Assembly: GCA_964016885.1 (NCBI GenBank)
Contig: OZ024740.1
Location: forward strand, 342,984,001 to 343,048,000
Reading direction: 5' to 3'
DNA from: Eledone cirrhosa
Taxonomy: Eukaryota
DNA: 64,000 bases
The notes under the pieces are model-generated. The model saw only the letters and a list, made by a program, of their open reading frames with translations, had not been told where the DNA came from and searched no databases. The position numbers were made by a program, and so were the translations under genes. Positions 31,506-44,389 of this stretch are shown here, one piece after another (positions within the stretch are counted from its first letter, which is position 1; each line of letters begins with the position of its first letter).

Positions 31506-32131
31506 ATGATGGCTGCCCCCTCGTTATCGAGTATGGCCATTGCACGATATACCATTATTAATAATTATTAATTAATTCTATCCTACAATGCCTGTGCATG
31601 AAGATATTTTTTTAAATGAGGAAAGACTGTGCACTGAGCCAATCCCACTCTCTGAGCGACAGTAGCTATAACCCGAAAAGAAGAAAATATCAACATCATC
31701 GGTAACTACTGAGCCGCAGGTTTTATATCGGAGTTATCCCAGTTTCCTGAGTTGCCTTCTCCTAGAAGAATGCCCTGACAAAGGCTAGAGGTCCTTCACT
31801 CCCAGTGTTTTAACCGCGCGATCGGGTGTCCAGCCCAATTATTTCTATGTCCCCGCGCATGTACATACACATGCACCCATGTATATACACATATACATAT
31901 ACATACATATGTACATGTGTATATACATATTTACACACTTTTGGATGGCCGTTGACTCTTATGAGATCTTCCGCCCTTTGTCAGGTTTTGTTTTTTGTCC
32001 TGCAGGGTGTCCAAAATCACCCTCCTCACCAAGTAAACTTGGTGGGGTTGCCGGTTTAGTCGCCGCGGATCCGACCATGCGACAGGTTGTACTGGGTTAC
32101 ATGTTACCAATAGCAGTCAAGAGTGACCCGA
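31506..32131 (-). mobile_element. Non-autonomous RTE-related element (copy N1)
   Basis: Homologous to 62351-62935; 3' end tggccatactcgataacgagggggcagccatc-ATGTATG resembles the 3' end of the adjacent RTE. Confidence 0.7.
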
Positions 32132-32154
32132 CATACATCCATACATACATACTA

Positions 32155-34598
32155 CATAATGCTGCAAACTCGTGTTCAAGTATTGCCATCGCCCGATAAA
32201 ATGTTCAAAAATGTGAAGCACAAATGTGACTCTTTAAACCAGCCAAACTTTAGGCTCCCCTGAAACCTTCCATTGCTTTGTTCTGGCTGTATGTTCACAT
32301 GTATCTTTTAAGACCTCCCATGCTTGTACATTTCTTACACCTTTTCAGATCATGATCTACATGAGGTCTACTGATATGACTTGGTTCATGTCTAATCAAA
32401 CCAACTTTGCTCAGGCTGACTCGACCACAGCGCTGGCAAACCAGATGATGTTCAACAGCAGGCAGTTCAGAACAGTCTCAATCCTCACCTTCCTTTTCAG
32501 TGTTAGGTGTTCTCTCCGACGAGTTTCAAAGTGTTCACCACCTGACTTGATCAAACGTCTCCACTTCACACGCTCGTCAGCCATTTTCTCCCATTCGTCA
32601 GATGAAATTTCAGCACAAGCCAAGGTGCCCCTGATACAGTCCTGGTACCGCCTTTTTGGTTTATGTGGTGGTCGCCTTCCTTCACACAGTTCTCCATAGA
32701 GAAGTTGCTTTGGAATACGATCATCAGACATCCGGACCACGTGACTGCACCACCTCAACCGATACCGAAAGATTATGCTCTCTATAGTCACGCACCTGCT
32801 CCGTTCTAGAACTTCCAAATCACTGGCGAACATTTTCCACCACACCCCAAGTAACTTATGAAGAGATTGTTGGTGAAATCTCTCCAGATCCTTGAGGTGC
32901 TTTCTGTATATGACCCACGTTTCACAAACATAAAGTAAAGAGGAGACGACACAAGTCAGATACACTTTCACCTTGGTTTTGATAGTGATACCTCGTCTGG
33001 ACCATAAACGTTGATGCAGCCGTCCAAAAGCATCACTGGCTTTCTTGATTCTTAAGGATATTTCATTATCATGTGTGCATGAAGTGTTCAACGTACTTGT
33101 CAGCAACTTTTAGCCTCTTTCCGTACACGTACACACTTGGTGCAGTGTACTCGTTTCCAGGTACTGGCTGATACATCACAACAGTCTTTTCCAAGCTTAT
33201 TGTGACGCCCAAAGTGCTGCAAGCTGCCTGCAGAAAAAGAGTTCATAATATGCTGCATGTCACTTTGTGAGTGTGCAAAAAGATCGTAGACGTCTGCATA
33301 CAAAAACTCTCGGATTATAGATGTTAATACCTTTGTGCTTGTACCAAAGCGCCTGGTGTTGAACAACCTTCCTGAAGTGCAATACCTGATGTAAACCCCA
33401 TGAGAACAATATTTGAATGCCATGAGAAACACTATCGTAAAATATAAGGAAAACAGAGTTGGAGCCGGAATGTCCCCCTGCTTCACTCCATTTTCAACTG
33501 ATATTGGTTCAGAGATGCTACCACCAATACTGACCAAAGCCTTCATGTCATCATGGAAAAGATGCAGAATCTTCTACCCTACCTTGGATTTTTTTCCCAC
33601 AACGCAGTTCGATTGACAGTGTCAAAGGCCTTTGTCAAGTCAACAAAGACTTGGTAAAGGTCCATACATTGTTCGATACACTTTTCTTGCAGCTGCCGAG
33701 CAGAAACGATCATATCCACTGTTCCTCTTTCGTTTCTGAACCCACACTGCGACTCAGGCAACACATTCAGAGCAACTCTTGGGATCAATCTATCCATCAA
33801 TATTCGACACGACTTTACCAACTACTGAAAGAAGGGATATGACATGATAATTGCCACATTTGTCCTTGCCGTCCTTTCCTTTATGGAGAATCACCATGAG
33901 CGCATCCTTCTTGTGGGACATTCTCATCTTCCCACACTATTTTCATGAGGTCAGTCAGGCGCTGCGTGAAGTTTTCACCACCACACTTCAAAACCGCTCC
34001 ACTCAGACCATCCATACCAGGAGACTTACCACAGTTCAGCTTATGCACAACAGAAGTCCCCTCTGCAACAGAAGCTACATTAGCCATCTCATATGCTTCA
34101 CTGGTTCAATAGGAATGGAACAAAGGAAATCATCATCAACCTGGTTTAAGAGCTGGTTTAAGAGCTCATCAAAGTGATCTCTCTATCTGTCGAGTGTCTT
34201 TTGGGTCACGCAGTAATTGCTTGCCATCTTTCGATCTCAAAGGGGCCACTGAAGAGTTGAAAGGGCCATACACCTCTGTGAGTAGAAAGTGCCGCAGTTT
34301 CACATTGTTGCCGTCAGATGCCACTTGAACTTCATCTGCTTTGTTGCTCCACCAGGTATTTTGCATAACCCTGAGTTTCACCTGCACTTCCTTCTTTACC
34401 TGTCTGTAACGTTCATAATTGTCACCAACAGAGCTACCACCTTTAAGAACTGCATCAAGTGCCTTTTGTTTTCTGTCTAGCAGAGCCTTGACCTCCTGGT
34501 CATTCTCATCAAACCAGTCCTTGTTTTCTTGTGACAAAGCCAAGGACCTCTGCTGAAGCCTCATAGACCGAACTCCTGAAGTCCTTCCAGTTGTTCTC
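32155..34598 (-). mobile_element. RTE (BovB-like) LINE, 5'-truncated and frameshifted
   Basis: KDWFDENDQE, LPESQCGFR.ERGTVDMI, FVDLTKAFDTVNR, NGVKQG...APTLF, FLYAD, RIPKQLLYGEL; (TATG)n tail, (CATA)n on both flanks. Confidence 0.93.
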
Positions 34599-35299
34599 AT
34601 ACACGCATACATACTTACATATATACATGCATACATCCATACATACATCCATCCATACATACATGTATACACACATACATACATGTATACATACATACAA
34701 TGGTTAAAGTGTTTGACTGACGACCATAAGTTCATGGGTTTATATTTGGGATCGAGTAGTTATTGAATCAACCTGATATCAATGTTTATTATACAGCACA
34801 CTTCCTCTTTGGTATAATATGACACATAGTAATATCTAACATAGTACCCATCTAATCTGTTATGATTTACCTTTCCTCTGTGAAGGCACATGCCTTAGGG
34901 GTTACAGTACTGGACTAACCATTATAAAGTCATGGGTTCGTTTCTTCGATCCTGCAGCATGTTGCGTCCTTCAGTAAAATACTTTAGTTCGTGTAACATC
35001 TTCTACCAGGACTTGCAGCAGACAGATAATATCAGTAATGGAAAAAACCTTGTTTCATTAGTATGACCTGGAAATCAGTTCCACTCTATTTATCTTCTTT
35101 ATTAAAGGCAATCAAATTATTTTTTATTTTAATCTTTTTCTTATTTTTCCATGTTTCTTAAATAAATTCCAAAAAATCGAACTAAATTGAAATTTTGTAA
35201 TAAAATTTCCATAAAAGTTAATGTTTACAATACAATAAAATGTAATAAAATGTATTGAAGTCGACGAAATGTGGACCTTCATTTTTGAAAGATGGATAA

Positions 35300-35555
35300 T
35301 GCTATAAGCAGACCTTACAATATTGTACCACAATTTTCCTTTGTGCAAAAGTGGGCAGCCGAATTTAGGAAAGGATAGGGGATTCTTGAAGATGACCCAA
35401 TGTCTGGACGTCCTACAACTGCCACTACCGAGGAAAACATTGATCTCAGTACTGCAACACCGATGGAAAAAGTGTGTGGAACGCAAGGGAGACTATGTTG
35501 AAAAATAAACCTCATTTGGTCACATTCCATGAGAGTTTCTTTGTCAACCCTCGTA
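35300..35555 (+). mobile_element. Internally deleted mariner transposon remnant
   Basis: WAAEFRKG...LEDDPMSGRPTTATTEENID fused to LQHRWKKCVERKGDYVEK*, followed by the TIR-like end caaccctcgTA. Confidence 0.8.
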
Positions 35556-35590
35556 TCTATGCGCAATATACGTAAAGATACAGAATTGCG

Positions 35591-35999
35591 GGCACTACAA
35601 CGCTATTAGCTGTCATATTTGTTGGTGAAAAAAATTTGATTATAAAACTTAAATTTATGAATGACTTGTTTTCTAAATTGATAACCATGACTTGATTTCT
35701 AATTAACTTAAATTTGTTTTCTAATTTGGCCCTTTTAAGGGCCACCTATATTTTCATTTAAGTAACTCCACTTACATCGATATGCTTTATAACCAAGACT
35801 TGTTTCTATTTGTTTTCTAATTTGGCCCTTTTAAGTCTTCCCTCTCTCTCTTCCCTATCTCTCCTCTTCCCTTTCTCTCTAAAAAGAAACGCGTGAAAAT
35901 TCCACTTACGCGTGGTAGTAATACGGAAATAAACGATGTTGACGAGTGACGTCACCGCCTGTTTTCCACTGGACTGACAGCTAATAGCGTTGTAGTGCC
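35591..35999. promoter_or_regulatory. 409-bp segment bounded by perfect 25-bp inverted repeats, upstream of the ZNF gene; contains the CRE-like palindrome gTGACGTCAc (35946-35955)
   Basis: ggcactacaacgctattagctgtca (35591-35615) versus its reverse complement at 35975-35999. Confidence 0.55.
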
Positions 36000-36111
36000 A
36001 AATTTTCAATTTGGGCTACTTTTGTGTAACGTTCTATGAAATTGATCTGGCAACTCTGAACCACAATATATTATACTTACAGTTTTTAACAATTCCACAG
36101 GGGATTCCAAT

Positions 36112-37860
36112 ATGGGGGACTCCAATCACTTGGACACTTCTAACGCAACAGTTTCTAACAATATAGATTCAGAAACACAGACACACAGTGGTGAGAAAGC
36201 TTCACGGAGTCAGGCGTTTATTAAACAAAGATCATTACACAGAAATATTCCTGAATATCGCTGTAAGATTTGTATAAAAACATTCTCTTCGGAATATGAA
36301 TTCTTCGTACACGAAGAAACACACAGTAGAGAAAAACGCTTCCATTGTGAAGTATGTGGATGGCATTGTGTCTTTAAATGTCAATTAACCACACACAAAA
36401 GAATACATACTAGAGAAAAACCATTTCATTGTGAATTATGTTGGAAATCCTTTGTCTTTAAGTGTCAGTTACGAACACACATACGTAGTCACGCCGGAGA
36501 AAAACGCTTCGATTGTGGGAAATCTTTTGCCTTGGACTATCTCTTAACGAAACACAAACAAGTACACATTAGTGAAAAACCGTTTCATTGTGCAATATAT
36601 GGAACATATTTTGTCTCTAACAGTGTATTAACAAAACACAAAAGAATACACACTGGAGAAAAACCGTTTCATTGTAGGATATGTGAGAAACCATTCAGTG
36701 AAAATTCTAAAGTTATACTCCACAAACGTAGTCATACTGGAGAAAAACCCTATCACTGTGATGTATGTGGGAAGTATTTTAGCTGTGAGAGTAATTTAAG
36801 AAGACACAAAAAATACACACTGAAGAAAAACCCTATCACTGTGAAATATGTGGAAAAGCTTTCTCTGCTAATTCAGCTCTTGTTACCCACATGCGTTATC
36901 ATACTGATGACAAACGCTACCATTGTGAAACATGTGGGAAATCTTTTGTCGAAAGTAGTAGTTTAACAAAACACAAAAGAACACACACTGGAGAAAAGCC
37001 ATATCATTGTGAAATACGTGGCAAATCATTTTCTGTTATTTCTCATCTTAGAGTTCACAAACGTAGTCACACTGGAGAAAGACCCTTCCAGTGTGAAATA
37101 TGTGGGAAATCATTCTCTTTTAAATATAGTCTTGTAGTTCACACACTGGAGAAAATCCCTATCATTGAAGTATGTGGGGAATCTTTTATCGATAATGATA
37201 ATTTTGTAAAACACAACACAACACAGGAGAAAAACTGTTTCACTGTGAAATATGTGGAAAAACTTTCATTAATAATCCACATTTAGGTGGTGGATTGGCA
37301 GTGTCGGTAGAGCGTCGGATAATATGCTTTGCAGCATAGAGTTATGGCTCTTTACGTTCTGAGTTCAAATCCTGCCAAGGTTTGCTTTGCCTTTCATCCT
37401 TACGGGGTCGATAAAATAAAGCACCAGTAATGCACTGGGGTCAATTTAATCGACTTCCCCCTCCTCTTCAAATTGCTGGCCTTGTACTTAAATTAGAAAC
37501 CATTTATAATTCAAATCATAGTTACACTGCAGAAGAATCTTTCTGCTGTGAAATATGTGGGAAATCATTCATTTATAATTGTCATCTTGTAGTTCATAAA
37601 CGTAGTCACACTGGAGAAAAACCCTATCGTTGTGAAATATGTGGGAAATCTTTTGTTGAGAATGGTAATTTCAGAAAACACAGATCACACACTGGAGAAA
37701 AACTGTTTCACTGTGAAACATGAAAAATCGTTTACCATTATTGGTAATTTAAATTGACATGAGCAAATACATGTTATAGGGAAGCATTTTAACCATAAAT
37801 CTTGAGAAATCCTTCTCTTGCAAATCTAAACTTCTAGGCCACCAACAAGCACACATTGGA
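36112..37860 (+). pseudogene. Tandem C2H2 zinc-finger gene, frameshifted and SINE-interrupted
   Basis: Repeated C..C...F.....L..H...HTGEKP fingers across ORFs 36112-36966, 36891-37286 and 37510-37723; several fingers have lost Cys/His; AATAAA near 37930. Confidence 0.88.
37285..37506 (+). mobile_element. tRNA-derived SINE family 2 inserted in ZNF coding sequence
   Basis: A/B-box-like tggcagtgtcggtagagc...gagttcaaatcc, core gcctttcatccttacggggtcgataaaataaag; possible cattta TSD. Confidence 0.85.
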
Positions 37861-38330
37861 GAACGAAATATGGAAATCATTCTTTGAACTCTCATTTTTC
37901 AATTTATAAATGTTCTTTTATTTGAGAGAAATAAATATTTTGAAATCATATCTGTTTATGTTTTTGTCATTAAAGTTTATTACAGAGACACAATCTCATG
38001 AATCATGACTGGAAAAACATGATAAATCCTTGTAGGTATGAAATTTGTAGTCTGTTTTTCTCATAAAAAAAATTTATGTTGTTAAACATAACTAAATATA
38101 TATGAAAATCTTTCTAGTCTCGGTTCCATGATAAAATGCACCCAGTACACTCTGCTAAGTGGTCAGTGTTTGGTGTTTGGAAGGGCATTGAGCTGTAAAA
38201 ACCATGCAAAAAATGGAACATATGAATGAGATGAAACTCTTTTATCTGTCTTTATGGACTGAGACAACCCTTCCAACTCATACCAACATGGGAAAGAGAC
38301 ATAAAATGATAATGACTATATATCATCAGT

Positions 38331-38369
<39 letters not shown>

Positions 38370-38373
<4 letters not shown>

Positions 38374-38872
38374 TTGCGAGGTTTTTTGTATGAAATCGTG
38401 TGTCGAAACAAATATTGTTATACTTGGGGAGGGTCATATTTGTGTAATATTGCCAGAATTAATAACAGAACACACTCACTGTTTGGTTGGTTTTCGCTTT
38501 TCGCTTCTGTGTCTTTTATATCGGCAATCTAATTTATTCGGTCCTCAATGTTGCCATTGACTGACCGACGGTCAAAAATAATACAGATACAATATAGACA
38601 CAAACACATATATATAGTTTATCAAAGTTCTTTCGTTGCACATCTGCAACATCGTCAGTGGTGCTATTGTTTCCTCCCGTTACATTGTATGTCTACGCCA
38701 TTTTTATTTAGTCTGTCTATATATTTATTTATTTATTTGTTTGTTTATTTTATTTTGTCTTCTTTGCGCATGCGTTTGCGTGTGTGTATAGTGTTTTGTT
38801 TGATGTGTGTTCGTGATTGGGTGACTAGTGTGTGTTTATATGTGTTCGTTGTTATTGTGCTTGTGTATGTAT

Positions 38873-38903
<31 letters not shown>

Positions 38904-41900
38904 TACTTCTCTTAGGTCAGTGTTGTTTGCTTGGGTGTTGTTGTTATTCCATTCAGTCTTGGCCTTCTAAGTTCTATTTCACTGGCCTCTCTGATTTGCC
39001 TATGTGCTGGGTCATTTCTATGTTTAGATATTATTCTAATTTCTATGCTGTCTATGTTACCGTCGTGTTGTTGTCTGGCATGTTCATATAATACTGACCC
39101 GTTTTTTCCTCCTTTTAGTTCCCCCCAGTGTTGGTCTATCCTTTCACCTATGCTACGAGCTGTCTCGCCTATGTATGTTGTTGTCATGTTTCTGCAAGTA
39201 CCCTCTGTACATCTTATGCTATAGACTACGTTTCTAGTCTTACAGTTTATCCGGGGGTTTACCTTACATATGATACATTTCCTATTAGTACAGTGGGTTT
39301 TCTTAAAAGGGTAGGTTTTGCTGATCATGGATTTTATGGTGGTTCCTGGCTTTTCTACCACCTTAATCTTTAAGTGGGTCTTTCTCAGGGCATTTCTACA
39401 CTGGTTAGCTAATTTCCCTCCAGGGGTAGCGTCCACAAACATGACACTCTGGTATCTCTGGTTGTCGTACCATGAGGTCGCTTTCCCTATCTTATGTCTA
39501 GCCCTATCTAAGCTATTCCATGATTTGCTCCTGTATAATGGGCAAATTCCTTTCATGTCCAGTTCTATGAGGGTCTTATACTTCTCCATGGCTCCTTCGT
39601 ATACTCTGACTCTGTCTCTTTGGTTGTAGCCAGAGAACTGCATGCGGTTGATGAAGTGTTGGATGTGTCTTTCCATTTCTGTTGGGTCGCACATGCGGGA
39701 CACATTCTTCATCACTCGTATCAAATCTGCGATCAGAATATTAAACTTAGCACTACTGGAGATTGCTGAGTTTTTGAGTATCAGGTATTTGGAGGCCATG
39801 GGTTTAGCATAGTGTGAGTGGAGAATTTGGGCTCTCTCGTCTATAGGGTTAATCCAGAGTTCCGTGTCTAATACAGGTAGTCTATTGTTAGGGTGTTTGG
39901 AAGGGAAGTCGATAGTTACAGTTATACTCTGGTGTATGGAATTAGCTATCTGCTGGATGCTTTCCATTGTGCTACGTTCTAAATCAAACTTGTTAGTGCT
40001 CTCTAGTGGGGATGTTCTTAAAACTATATTGATATCGTCTACGTAACCAGAGTACATGATGAGGTCTATGGAGCTCTCATTAAGGAGATCTTTAAGTCTC
40101 CTTTCCCACCATACCATGAAAAGGTTGGCAACATCACCAGCTATGCTGACGCCAATGGCTGATCCCTCATTTTGGGTGTAGATCTTCTCGTTGAACTTGA
40201 ATATGTGGCCCTTTAGGGTAGTTTTGATACTAGCCCCTATTGCATGTGCGACCATTTTTATTACCTGATCATTGTTTTTGGGGGTCCGTATAGCTTTGGT
40301 CTACCCAATCCACCTTCCCATGGGAGTATTTTTTGCCATTGAGGTTATGGTGGGGGGGGGGGGGGGGGTCTACCTCTTATGGATCTACTAGGGCAGAAAC
40401 GTCTAAGGTCATGGCTGTCTAGGTAGTCAGTGTCGTAGGTAAGTCTAAGTAGGAGGCCCAGTTCGTCTGTGTCGACGTCGCAGAACTCCACCTCACTCTC
40501 AATGATCATCTCCACACATTTTTCCACAGCAAAATCAATGTTAATGGATGGGTACAGTGATACCACATCCATGCTGCCTATTATGCAGTTGGATAGGTTC
40601 CTGTTTTTGTTGGACTCACTGATTCTGCTGAGGAGATCCTCTGTACTGTCACATACATCTGGGGACATCTTGATTATGGGGCGTATAACCATTGAGAGGA
40701 AGTAGGAGATCCTATAATTGCTAGCTATATTAGCTCCGCATACGGGTCTTGTTGGTTGTCCTGTTGTCGGGTCGTCGACTGTCTTGTGGTCTTTGCGGAG
40801 CCCATACAAGGGTGGTATGCCATTGTTAGACGCCTGGAAGTTGTTGGCAGTACGTCTGCTTGGCTTTAGGATGTCAGTCCACATCATCATGTGAGCGTTG
40901 AGGATTTTCTCTCTCCCATCATGTGTTTGCTGTGCAATTTCGCTCGTGTTGGTGATGTGGGTTGCATAGCCTTGATGTAGTTCGGCATGCTATCTGTTGA
41001 CATCCTACCAGACTTATCCGTGAGTAGACATACTACCTCACCAACCCTTGTGCGCTGCTTGAGGCTAACCAAGCCTTCTACAGGTTTCCTCCCAAGTTGT
41101 TGGGCCTCTGGTCTGCTCCGTCTCTTAGTATACCGGTCTACTATTTGTCTAATCTTATTTCTAGCTATGGTGAACTGTGCCTCTGTTTCGTCATCTATTT
41201 GTTGTGGTATGCAAACTCTTTTCTTAAAGGGTAACCTCGTAGGATAGATATTACCCATCTTATATGTTTTGTCAGCTGGGTTGAAAAATAGTTTCTCTAA
41301 GGGGTTGTCATTATATCTATCGTCATAGTTGTGTGTGTTGCTATTATTGTTATCATGGTGGTTGTTGTTGTTCCTATCATTAGCATTATTATTATTGTTA
41401 TGATTGCTAGATGTATTGTTGTTTACTTCACCGTTATTGTTGTTGTTACTGTTATTTCTACCATTGTGGTTGTTACTTTTATTATGTTTCTTGTTTTTGT
41501 TGTGTCTATCATTAATGTTGCTACATATATTATTTCCATTATTACCATTGTGGTTGTTGTTGTTGTTCGTATTGTTACCGTTATTACTACTGTGGTCGCT
41601 GCTGCTGCTGTGTCTGTGGTTAATGTTTCTATTATTATTATTATTGTGGTTGTTGTTGTTGTTCTGTCTATCGTTAGTATTATTACCATTATTACTATTT
41701 CTCACTCTCCTGCTATTGTTATTGTTATGGCTGTTATTTCTATACTCAGAGTTATTGTTTATATTACTACTACCGTTATTATTGTTGTTGTTGTTGTTTA
41801 CTTTTGCATTCCAACGCATTTTTGTGAAACACTTTTCCAGCTCCGTTTTGCACTCAATAGGGTTAATCTTTTTGTAGATGGCAAATTTTGGTGGTAGCTG

Positions 41901-42917
41901 CAGGATTTGTTGTTCTTGTTCACTGATTAAAGTGTTCCCATAAATATTTACTGTGTGGTCATTGGTAAATTCTTCCGGTAGTTTTACATCAGTCATACGG
42001 ATATTGTTGATGTTATCTGGGTATTTTTGAGAATATTCTATTTTCCTTTCTTGTAGTTTTTTCTTATTCATCCATTCTAATTTCTTATTGAAATGCCTAT
42101 TGCATTCGTTTCGGGCGTATTTCGTTTCACGTCGGATGACGTTCATGAAGTCATCCCTTTCGTTTGGTGTGGTGAGATTTTGGCCTTCCTTACCGTTAGT
42201 GCGTTTCTGTCTGTAAAGTTCGTTGACTTTTGTGTATGAGGTTCTTTTCATATTAACTGTTATTGTGTGTTTTAGTCGTTCAGCTTGTGTTTTGTTCAAT
42301 AATAAATTATTTACTTGTTTTAATATGTTTGTTGTGTATATTTTGGAGGAAACACAGTGTTTTAAGAAGCGGATTTGTTCTGTTGTTCTTGTAGTTTTTA
42401 TATAACAGAAAACAGTGTCTTTCAATAACCTTTCAGCTTGGCACAAGCTAATGCCATAACGGCGATGAATTAGTTTTGCGAGGTTTTTTATATGAAATCG
42501 TGTGTCGAAACAAATATTGTTATACTTGGGGAGGGTCATATTTGTGTAATATTGCCAGAATTAATAACAGAACACACTCACTGTTTGGTTGGTTTTCGCT
42601 TTTCGCTTCTGTGTCTTTTATATCGGCAATCTAATTTATTCAGTCCTCAATGTTGCCATTGACTGACCGACGGTCAAAAATAATACAGATACAATATAGA
42701 CACAAACACATATATATAGTTTATCAAAGTTCTTTCGTTGCACATCTGCAACATCGTCAGTGGTGCTATTGTTTCCTCCCGTTACATTGTATGTCTACGC
42801 CATTTTTATTTAGTCTGTCTATATATTTATTTATTTATTTGTTTGTTTGTTTATTTTATTTTGTCTTCTTTGCGCATGCGTTTGCGTGTGTGTATAGTGT
42901 TTTGTTTGATGTGTGTT

Positions 42918-42922
<5 letters not shown>
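38370..42922 (-). mobile_element. Near-complete Penelope-like element with ~450-bp direct terminal repeats (38370-38817, 42470-42922)
   Basis: ORF pieces 42539-40887, 40890-40345, 40255-38912: TDKSGR, LYGLRKDHK, SMDVVSLYPSI, GSAIG, YVDD, NVVYSIRC...YIGETAR (GIY-YIG); Asn-rich insert; flanked by (TA)n. Confidence 0.93.
38621..38662 (-). ncRNA. Minimal hammerhead motif in the pLTR (identical copy 42723-42764)
   Basis: Minus strand: cca CTGACGA t gttgca gatg tgcaac GAAAG aa CTT tga. Confidence 0.7.
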
Positions 42923-42991
<69 letters not shown>

Positions 42992-43377
42992 CGTCTCCGT
43001 TGAACCGGTACGTACTCACGCTCTATGCAAATTAGTCTGCCCACTACTAATTTTCATAGAAAAAGCATATAACGATATGTGCTTTTACGATTCTCTAGAG
43101 AGGCCGGAAGATAGGTAAATATTGCTGATGAGATGTAACAACATCGAAACTAGTTCAATATTCCTTGTCTGGCTTTCTGGAGAATAGAGGAAAGGTGTTT
43201 CCTCAAAAACCAGTATGACTCTAAAAACCGGTTTGTCTGTGTGTTTACATACAGAATAGCTGGACACTCACAGTAAAGTGACCAGTGAAAAACTCGGTAC
43301 ATCTACATATGTATACGTGTGTGTATTCATATGCATACTAGTATTTCAGTATACATATGTGGATGTACATTTTTAAC

Positions 43378-43819
<442 letters not shown>

Positions 43820-44048
43820 TTGAAAAGCCACGTATTATTTTATTTATTCAAAATTGAGTTTTCACAATTGTCAGTTGATTATTGAATATAGCCATTTTAA
43901 GACAAAAATCAATTTAACACCTGGAGATGAAACATGTTAATGCTTGGAATAAACCCTATAATATTGCTTATCCGTGTCAATCCTCTTTTTACCTCTTATA
44001 TATATATATATCATGTATACACATATAAACATACATACATGCATATAT

Positions 44049-44107
<59 letters not shown>

Positions 44108-44389
44108 TGTTAGGAAGGGCATCCAGTCGTAGAAAGTTTGCTAAACAAGGAGTTGGGAGGACCCTTCAGTTTGTGTTAAAAGACATGACAATTTCTCTTG
44201 TGCACTTGATAATCATGACCATGCGGAAGTGAGATTCAGACTCCCCTCCCTCCCCCCAACATGTCCTGGAGGTCAGTAGCCCTGCTTCAGTACTGACCTT
44301 GTCTATGTAGAACTGTCCAATCCTTACAGGGGAAGCAGATGTTAAGCAATAATGATGAGGATATATAAAGATGTGTTTGATTTGGAATG

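Noticed and set aside
37285-37380. tRNA gene
   Set aside because: A/B boxes belong to a SINE head; no cloverleaf
41331-41897. Hydrophobic Val/Leu-rich + strand ORFs resembling membrane proteins
   Set aside because: Antisense of the Asn-rich (AAC/AAT) insert of the PLE
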